From: Octopus sinensis
Taxonomy: Eukaryota
DNA: 64,000 nucleotides
Reading direction: 5' to 3'
Assembly (NCBI RefSeq): GCF_006345805.1
Contig: NC_043015.1
Span: 41,974,001-42,038,000 of the forward strand
Shown here: in pieces, positions 54,713 to 64,000 of the stretch
Numbering within the stretch: the first letter of the stretch is position 1
Layout: each line of letters opens with the position of its first letter
Notes under the pieces: model-generated
What the model saw: only the letters and a program-made list of their open reading frames with translations
Databases searched by the model: none
What the model was told of the DNA's origin: nothing
Made by a program: the position numbers and the translations under genes

Positions 54713-55994
54713 TAGTACTCTGTCGGCTTCAATAAATGTAGTCGCATAGAGCTTTTTAAAATTTTGGTTTATTCAAAAGAGAAGAGTTCTTCTTGACCCT
54801 CACAAGGCCTCTGAGCTTGGGCAGGGGAGGAATGAGAGTATCCTCAAAGAAGAGACATGGCTCGATTGAGTGCTATAGAGTGGACCATGCTGAAGGTACC
54901 ATGTGGTGATGTTAAACCGGGTGACGGACTAAGTCTGCGCCGCAAGTGGACCATGAACAGATTTCAAGTAATAAAGAAAAGAACCTAAAACACCCGGCAA
55001 AAAACACCGGGTCAGAACATCTTAGAATCCGACCTTGATTTTCATATTTTGTTATCAAACTCGGAATTTGAACTCAAAGCCCACGGTACAGGAAGTTTCC
55101 CTTATCCGCTGTCCATGAATTAGAACATTTTCCTATCGACCGCGAAAGGTTGAAAGGCAAAGTTGACCTCGGCAAGAATTTGGAATTCATCCACTAAGTG
55201 TCAGTACAAATCTTGCGAAATGATTTCTCTGACTCTCGAACGTCTCTCGACCATATAATATTTCCCAGTCTCTGCATATTATCAATTAATTATACTTTTC
55301 AGTGCCCTTTCGTAATTGAATTAAAATTTGATTACACTTACCGACATCACATTTTTTACTATTCAACATTTATATTCATCTCGTTGTTACAGATCCAACG
55401 GGCAACAGAGAAGGCGATACTTCCATTGATGATAATAAGCGAAAGCATTTTGATCTGCGTTGCGCGCTTGCTTTCCCTTAGAATAAAGGTAACTAACCTT
55501 TATATTGATATTCATAGACATTCTATTTAACTTCAATGTGGTTATTTATGATGTTAAATGAACATTACAAATAACGAAATCCACAGTTTAATTGCCCATA
55601 AAATTTCTCTTTAGGATGTAACAACCACAAGAGCAGCTTTATTTTCTCACATTGAAAGAGATCTGAAGAGGTGCTTTAAAGCAAACACAGAGTAATAAAA
55701 ATTTCCAACAGTAAAACTAAGAAATATCCATAACAGGCAAAGTTAACCGAGGCGGGATTTGAACTTAGGGACAAATGAAATGCCGCTGAGCATTTTGCCT
55801 GGTGTGCTAACGATTCTGTCGTCTTACTGCTTCAGTTACTCTACAAATATTAAATGGTTAATTCCAAGACCCTTGAATCAGTAATACTGAATTTGTAAAA
55901 CAAATAAAACTCCTAATCTCTACGAAGTCGCCCGAGCTACAACAAAGGAACTGTACCAAACGCCCCGTCGTTTTTTCAAAAATATAATAAACAT

Positions 55995-56243
55995 AAGGCG
56001 CAGGAGTGGCTGTGTGATAAGTAGCTTGCTTACCAACCACACGGTTCCGGGTTCAGTCCCACTGCACAAGATCTGAAATGTTTTGGAAGGGGACTAATTG
56101 ATTACATCGACCCCAGTTACTTATTTTGTCGAACTCGAAAGGATGAAAAGCAAAGTCGACCTCCGTGGAACTCAGAACATAGCGGCAGACGATATATGAA
56201 TAAGTTTTTCGCCCAGCCTGCTAACGATTCTGCTAGCTCGTTG
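55995..56243. mobile_element. SINE A head (+, 55995-56065) abutting a SINE B copy (-, 56080-56243)
   Basis: aaggcgcaggagtggctgtgtg; gattacatcgaccccag...gcaaagtcgacctc. Confidence 0.8.
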
Positions 56244-56510
56244 CCTTTGCCAACTCGGCTCCTTTAACAATAATAATGGCGTAATAGAGGTAAAATGACA
56301 AATGTGTTGGCGCATGACTTTTGGCCCAACATCTATGCCTATATGTATATATGTACATACATACATATATATGTATATATATATATATATAAATATATAT
56401 ATATGTATGTATATATATATGTATATATGTATGTATATGTGTGCGTGTAGATATCGGCTATATTATATATCACAGATATATATATATATATGTATGTATA
56501 CACACACACA

Positions 56511-56555
<45 letters not shown>

Positions 56556-57116
56556 TAACTGCATATATCTACATATAGCGCAACATTTACATATTTCATG
56601 TGTGTATCTATGTATAATATCATACATATACAGACATAGAATGTATACACTATCATATATACATAGCCAAATATAAGCGCAAATACCTCTATATATGCAC
56701 GTGAGCGCGCGTGTCCACGCATCAATGCATGTTAATGTATATCGATACGTAGGAACTTAAATCAAGTCAAACACTAAATTCCTATAAAAGTACACGCGCA
56801 CAAGCACAGACACACATGTACACATAAACACACTCCCACAGAAGATTCACACATACAGTTACACTGCTAAACCAGGGACATAACTGATAATTAGCCAAAG
56901 CTGACTTTGTGAAACTTAATAAGCTAAACTAAAGACTAAACGTCGTATTGGTTTAATAAATCTCTTCCCTGAAAGCAAATAATAACAATTGACTTCTGGA
57001 CGGAAAATTAATGTGATGTGAGGCCGTGAAAATATATAATATAATATACACCCACTTCTTGTAGCTATGAATGCTAGTTATTAGTGTGATGCTTTCAGCA
57101 AGCGACTAACAGAACA

Positions 57117-57216
57117 NNNNNNNNNNNNNNNNNNNNNNNNNNNNNNNNNNNNNNNNNNNNNNNNNNNNNNNNNNNNNNNNNNNNNNNNNNNNNNNNNNNN
57201 NNNNNNNNNNNNNNNN
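57117..57216. other. Assembly gap (100 N)
   Basis: Run of N. Confidence 0.99.
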
Positions 57217-57256
57217 TCTGTCTGAGCTTCTCTGTATACACACAAATATACATACT

Positions 57257-57305
<49 letters not shown>

Positions 57306-57387
57306 TATATAGATATATTTATTATATTATATATATAATAATATATATATATATATATATATAATATATAATATATGGTATATATAT

Positions 57388-57497
57388 ATTAGGGTAAAAT
57401 TAATTAATTAGAATTAATAATTTTTACCAAGCACTATTCAGAATTTAAAATTTCTAAAAGTTCGGTGTGTGGTAAAGTAAATTTTTTGCTGAACCCT
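57388..57497 (-). mobile_element. Short insert in (TA)n related to the end region of the array 1 monomer
   Basis: gggtaaaattaattaattagaattaataatttttaccaag versus array gggcaaaattaattaattattaatcaatttcaccaag. Confidence 0.5.
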
Positions 57498-57568
57498 AAT
57501 TATATAAAGTAATGTATATATATATATATATTATATATATATATATGATATATATTATATATATAATA

Positions 57569-57619
<51 letters not shown>

Positions 57620-57959
57620 ATATAGTGTGTGTGTGGGAATAGGTTTGTGTGCGTGTATGTATATATATATATATAAATATATATATATATATGCATGTAT
57701 GTAAGTATGTATGTACATATGAGTGTGCATGTGTATATATATATATATGGTTTCCATGTATGTTATGGTGACGTTGCTGTTTCCAAAGCTTTATTTTCGC
57801 TTCTCTATTATTATTAATTTTACCCGCGTCTCTGTCTTAGTAGAAACTGATGGATAAAGACATCAAACTGCATAAACAAACGGCAGCAAAACCATTCAGA
57901 AATTCAATAGCACTAACATATTCAGTAACAATAATAAATTTAATTTATCCTCGAAAATT

Positions 57960-58400
57960 TTTAGTTTTACCAATTTTGAATATATCGCTCCTGTTGAAAA
58001 CCTCTTACCTACTTGACAATTGCATTTCAAGCTCTGCTTTGAAAGAAGCTTTTACATCTTGGACTCATGTTTTTGCGTGCAAAGATGTTGTTAAACCTCC
58101 GTTAACAACACCGTATGCAGGTCATTTTCGTTTTCTTTCACGCACGGATAAATTTTTCACTATAGATCTTAATGGTCGTAAAGACACCACATCAGTGGAT
58201 AGACTAAAAAATAAGCCTTCATAGAGAAAACTGTCACTGTTCCTACTGCAGATGACACACACACAGCATTACAAACACGGCCCGTACACCCATCTTCACA
58301 TTCCATGACTACCATTGGGATCAGTCAGGTACCAGACAAGGATTCTGGATTATTTTTCCTCTTTTTTTACTGAATTTTTGAGAGCGGTCGGGTTCATTTT
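57960..58400 (+). pseudogene. Ty3/Gypsy integrase C-terminal (GPY/F) remnant
   Basis: THVFACKDVVKPPLTTPYAGHFRFLSRTDKFFTIDLNGRKDTTSVDRLK matches the THVFVR...PPYDGPF...TVSIDRLKPA pattern; no LTRs seen. Confidence 0.8.
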
Positions 58401-58519
58401 TAGTATTCTCATATGCAAGAGCAGTCGAGTTTATTTCAGATATTCTCATTTTAAAATTCATATCTGTCTAATCGTTGAGAGGACGTTGGCGTTGCCTTGG
58501 CGGAGGTTTGCGCTCACGG

Positions 58520-58558
58520 AGTTCTCTTGTTGTTGTTATTATTATTATTATTATTATC

Positions 58559-58607
<49 letters not shown>

Positions 58608-58624
58608 TATTATTATTATTATTA

Positions 58625-58681
<57 letters not shown>

Positions 58682-59024
58682 TATTATTATTATATTATTA
58701 TTCAGTAGTATATTTTTTATATCGTGCTTTCACTTCACTACCGAGCGCAGCTCTGTGTGCCTTGGGTATGTGCTGTGATTTGTTGTGATGCTCTGATGGT
58801 TATTGTATGGAAGTGTTCTGCGTAGGATGTGTGCAGTGCCTAGTAGTGCAATCTTCTGATGTTATATGTGTTGTAAGTCCTGGTGTTTTTGTTATGTATT
58901 TGTCTGAATATTTTTTTTATCATGCTTAATGCACCTACTATGATAGGAATTGTTTCTGTTTTTAGATTCCAAATGCTGGTTACCTCTTATTGTTATTATT
59001 ATATTATAATTATTATATTATTAT

Positions 59025-59055
<31 letters not shown>

Positions 59056-59394
59056 TTATTATTATTATTATTATTATATTATTATTATATATTATATTAT
59101 TATCAGTAGTAGTAGTATTAGTATTATACACACTCACACACACATATATATATATATAAACATACACATATATATATGTATATGCAGGAAAGTATATGCA
59201 CAAATAGTATGCATATATATATATATATGCGGGTGTACGTGTGTGGGTCTGTGTAAATGTATATGTATATAATATACATATTATATATACATTTGTGCAC
59301 ATATTTATATGTACATATATGTACCTATACCTATATCTGTATCTACATGTATGTGAGTGTGTGTCCTTTGTTTGTGTGTGTGTGTGTTTGTGTA

Positions 59395-59426
<32 letters not shown>

Positions 59427-59692
59427 TTCATTCGTCCAATATATATTTCCTCTTTCTCTATCACACACAATTTCAATTGTAGCCTTATGAATTCTCTTTG
59501 ACCATCCGTTATTTTTTTTTTATCAAATTTCATCATCATCCCCCCCCTTGCCATCGCCATCATCTTCTTTCCCCTTCCTGCTCTTCCTTCTCTTCGTCAT
59601 CACATTCACCATCATCATCGTCAACAACAGCAGCAGCAGCAACAATACCTTTATATCGTTCCACCATTATTGACATCAGAATCACCAGTAAT

Positions 59693-59732
<40 letters not shown>

Positions 59733-60092
59733 ACATCAACAACAACACTGCCGTCACCAACAGCATCTCTACCACATCCGTCACGACCGACATCTCCGCC
59801 ATCATCACCTCCGCCATCCCCACGTCAAGTCTATGCCCCTTTTCAAAGCATTGTATTCTCCAGAAAACACACTGATTGTGTATTCTTTGTTGTGGTCAAG
59901 AATGGCAGATTATTCCTGCTTTCTTTGCTGCCGCCACGAAACACAATACCGGCAGAACACTATTATTGTTGTTCTTGTTCTTGTTCTTCTTCTTGTTGCT
60001 GCTGTGCTGTTGTTGTTATTTTTGTTGTTGTTGTTGTTGTCGTCGTTGTTGTTGTAGTTATTGTTCTTCTTCTTCTTCGTCTTCTTCTTCTT

Positions 60093-60190
<98 letters not shown>

Positions 60191-60304
60191 ACTATTATTA
60201 TTATTTTATTATTATTACTATTACTATTATTATTGTTGTTGTTATTGTTATTATTATCATTGTTATTATTATCATTATTATTATTATTATGATGATCATC
60301 ATCA

Positions 60305-60371
<67 letters not shown>

Positions 60372-60645
60372 CATTCTTATTATCATCATTATTCACTCCA
60401 TATATTCAACAATATTTATTATTTTTTCATACTATAGCATTGTTATATTATTCTCATAATAGTATCATCACCATCATAATCATCACCATCATCATCATCA
60501 TCATCATCGTCGTCGTCATCGCCGTAGTCGCCGTCGTCACCGTCGTCATCGTCGTCGTCATTACCATCACTATTAACGTCAACTCTTAATGTTGTTGCTT
60601 AGGCTGTGCAACATTAACAGCCGACTTTCTAGTAGTAGTAGCAGC

Positions 60646-60685
<40 letters not shown>

Positions 60686-60707
60686 ATAGCAGCAGCAGCA
60701 GCAGCGA

Positions 60708-60774
<67 letters not shown>

Positions 60775-60790
60775 TTAGTAGTAGTAGTAG
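58520..60790. repeat. Large compound trinucleotide microsatellite field (TAT, TAG, CAT, TTC, GTT, GTC, AGC)
   Basis: Directly visible; source of the poly-I/L/Y/S ORFs. Confidence 0.95.
58701..58986 (-). pseudogene. 3' end of another RLE-type (Dong/R4-like) LINE family in (TAA)n
   Basis: EVTSIWNLKTETIPIIVGALSMI...KIALLGTAHILRRTL with frameshifts; tail runs into aataataat. Confidence 0.82.
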
Positions 60791-61169
60791 TTATTGTTGC
60801 CACCGTAATTTATGGTATTAATGATACCAGCCTTTTCAGCGTAACAAAAAAAAAACGCATTACAAAGTGTAGTTGGCGTAGTTTTTTTTATATATATCTT
60901 TTTTTTTTTACTTTCAGATGTTATATTTGTGCTTTTATCATTTATTTTCGCATTCATTTTTTTCTCTCTTTTTTTTTCTTTGTTTTTTTCTTGTTTACAG
61001 GGTAAGGGTTGGGTGAATTAGTAAGCTTTGGTACTGCTGTTACTACGATTTGCCTGGTCTTTACGTTCTTAGTTCAAAGCTCGCTCAGATCACCTTTGCC
61101 TTTTATTCTTCACCGATCGATAAAATATTGTATAAGTCGTGTACTAAGGTCAATGAATGTCCTGCCCAC

Positions 61170-61340
61170 AAGATTTCTGGACTTGTTCTTCGAGATGATG
61201 GCATTGTTTTCACGCAAGACAATATGCTTAGCGGCATATCGTTTGTATTTACGTTCTGTGTTCAAATTCTACCGAGGTTCACTTTGCCTTTTATCCTTTC
61301 GGGGTTGATAAAAAAGGTTTCAGTTGAACACTGGGAATGC
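61170..61340 (+). mobile_element. SINE family B, degenerate
   Basis: gttcaaattctaccgaggttcactttgccttttatcctttcggggttgataaa. Confidence 0.72.
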
Positions 61341-61509
61341 AACACCGTATGTATGTATGTAAGTATGTATGTACATATGAGTGTGCATGTGTATATATAT
61401 ATGGTTTCCATGTATGTTATGGTGACGTTGCTGTTTCCAGAGCTTTATTTTCGCTTCTCTATTATTAATTTGATGGTAAGGTTTTTATATTCTTTTATAT
61501 ATTATTTTA

Positions 61510-62081
61510 CACATTTCAGTCAATTGACTCTAGCCATGCTGGAGCACCGCCTTTAGTTCGAAGAAATCGACCGCGAACCGCTAAGTTTCGGGACCATAAA
61601 CACACCAGCATCGGTTGTCAAGCGATGGTGGGAAGGACAAACGCAAACGCAAAGACACTCACACATAAATATATATCCATATATATATACATATATATAT
61701 ATATAATATGAGGGAATATTTTTCCAAACTTACAGGGAAAAATTCAATTTAGAAATACTAAATCAAATTTCAGAAAATGTAATATATATATATAAATTAG
61801 AAAAATATATACGTTTTATTTATTATTTTTCACATTACTTAATCACTAGTATATATTTTATCTTATATGTTATCGTTCTATAATATGTAATTTTTCTAAA
61901 TGGTATAATTTAATTTTTTCATTATTGAATATATATATATATATATACGACGAGCTTCTCTCGATTTCTGTCTACCTAATCCAGTCACAAGGCTCGAGGC
62001 TTGCCTAAGGTGCCACGCAGAGGGCCTGAATCCGGAACCATGTTGTTGGGAAGCAAGCTTCTCATCACACAGCCACGCCTA
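61510..62081 (-). mobile_element. SINE family A with a ~220-bp AT-rich insert (~61708-61930) in its internal (TA)n
   Basis: SINE tail at 61510-61660 and head at 61945-62081 flank non-SINE sequence. Confidence 0.75.
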
Positions 62082-62670
62082 CATATATAAACATATATAA
62101 ATACATACAAATGTTTCTGTGAACACCGGTGCAAACCGTTTTGTCTAGATTGTATACCTTTCTGTCATAAGTCAACAAAGTGATTTAAAAGACAGAGATC
62201 AATAAAATATTGTGCTAGTGGAAAATAAGTACCAAAGCCGATATTATGAAGAATTTACTAAAATCCTTAAATTGTACGATCGGCAAAGATCGATAAATTG
62301 TAAAGATAGGTTGAATTGATGAAACCTAGGTGAAGAAAGAAATATTGAAAAGACATATTGGTAAAATATATTGATATATCGATATACTATATTGACACAT
62401 ATAATACTGGTGATAAAATATAATTCGAAATATTATTGGTAAAATGAAAAGAGGAAAGTGGTGATAGTGCAAGAGTGCATAAATAATAAGCATGATATAT
62501 ACATATATACATACGTGTGTGTTTGTGTGTATGTGTGTGTATGTGTATGTGTTGTTGCTGATGCAGCTACTACCAGTTAAAAGCCCCGGATACCAGACGC
62601 TATCAGGCTTATGGGGTCATCAGGAGAGAATGCCAGTTCAGGGCCTTCCTCTCGTTGAGATGAGTCTCCG

Positions 62671-62764
62671 CTTACTAAATCACCTTCTTACTAAGCTTCA
62701 CTTACTAAATCACCTTCTTACTAAGCTTCACTTACTAAATCACCTTCTTACTAAGCTTCACTTA
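62671..62764. repeat. Three exact copies of a 30-bp unit
   Basis: cttactaaatcaccttcttactaagcttca at 62671, 62701 and 62731. Confidence 0.95.
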
Positions 62765-62864
62765 ATATTCATTTAGTTCATTTAGCTCATTGTCACTTCT
62801 TAAGCAAATCGTGTGAATTACCTTCACTGTAGCCTGGATATCATTTCTAATGGTATTTGCATTG

Positions 62865-63760
62865 CGGGGGAGGAATGGGAGAAATTACTTCCTGGAAAAT
62901 TCTGAAACCTCCTAGAGAATTCCAAGAAGGGAAGGAATTATTTCCTGGAAAGTTCCAAGCAGGGGGAGGATTTACTTCCTGGAAATTTGCAAAGAAGGGA
63001 GGAATTACTTCCTGGAAGGTTCCAAAGAAGGGGAAGAATTAATTCCTGAAATGTTCCGAGAAGGAGGGGAATTATTTCTGGAAAGATCCAAGTACGGGAT
63101 GAATTACTTCCTGGAAAGTTCCGAGGAGAGGGAGGAATTACTTCCTGAAAAGTTCCGAAAATTCTTGGAAAGTTCCGAGGTAGGGGAATTACTTCCTGAA
63201 CAGTTCCAAGGAGGGGAGGGATTCCTGGAAATTTGCGAGGAGAGTTCCTGGAAAGTTTCGAGGGATGGAGGAACTACTTCCTGGAAAGTTCCGAGGTGGG
63301 ATTACTTCCTGGAAATTTCTGAGGGGTGATTACTCCCTGCAAAGTTCCGACACTTCTTGGAATGTTCCGAGGTGAGTTCCAGGAAAATTCCGTGGAGGAG
63401 TTTTACTTCCTGGAAAGTTCCGAGGAAGGGGAGTAATTACTTTGTGGATAATTCCGAGACTTCCTGGAAAGTTCCTAGGAGGGGGAGAATCGCTTCCTAG
63501 ATAGAGCCGATGAGTGTTCCTCATAAGGATTACTTCCTAGAAAGTCCCAAGGAGTTATAGGAATTGCTTACTGGAAATTTCCAAGGAGAGGGATGAATAA
63601 CTTCCTGGAAATTTCAGAGGCTTCCTGGAAAGTTCCAAGGAGGGGGATGTATCACTTCCTGAAAAGTTCCGAGGAGGGTTCTTGGACAGTTTAGAGGACG
63701 GGAAGAAATTGCTTCATGGGGAGGAATTACTTGAAAGTTCCGAGATGGTGGATAGATGAG
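62865..63760. repeat. Degenerate ~30-34-bp purine-rich minisatellite, consensus about ggaattacttcctggaaagttccgaggagggg
   Basis: Roughly 25-30 diverged units by eye. Confidence 0.9.
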
Positions 63761-64000
63761 TTCAATGGAGGATAGATGTATTTTTTCAAGTAACTTAGGC
63801 ATTCTAATTCGAGGTAACTTCGGTTAACCAACGAAAGGAGCATTTCCCACGATCTACTGGAAATAATTAATGTTTTAATTAATTATTTACTTATTTAATG
63901 ATTTTATTATATTTCATCTGTAGTAAATCAGATTGATAACGGAGAAAATATTAACGGAATAAAAATGTTCCTAATCATTTTATACATTAAAATATGTATT

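Noticed and set aside
57697-61471. 117-bp direct repeats as LTRs of the enclosed Gypsy fragment
   Set aside because: No TG...CA ends, PBS, PPT or TSD, and near-identity conflicts with the heavily decayed interior.
62595-62635. Minus-strand CTGATGA-cccc...gggg as a hammerhead
   Set aside because: The helix is followed by cttt rather than GAAA.

Overview
AT-rich, microsatellite-saturated eukaryotic DNA. The SINE families and LINE mix match what I recall of coleoid cephalopod (Octopus-like) genomes; this is recognition, not a database result. No host protein-coding exon is recognisable, and nearly all long ORFs in the track are microsatellite artefacts. The window holds four tRNA-derived SINE families, decayed RTE and RLE-type (R4/Dong-like) LINEs, decayed Tc1 and DD37D mariner elements, a non-autonomous Helitron, a Gypsy integrase fragment, a ~2.35-kb triplication and a 100-N gap. 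The most interesting signal is two sequence-unrelated tandem arrays, each monomer of which carries a minimal type I hammerhead-ribozyme motif with a palindromic stem III. Array 1 (22980-34472) has ~543-bp monomers and 21 motifs; array 2 (51345-53829) has ~361-bp monomers and 6 motifs with a U3-A8 variant core. Both sit in (TA)n tracts, have an inverted arm joined head-to-head, end at AT-rich microhomologies away from the predicted cleavage site, and show higher-order variant patterns. I infer they are Penelope-pLTR/retrozyme-like concatemers. Ribozyme activity, circular RNA and mechanism are untested, and scattered single-base indels suggest long-read noise.
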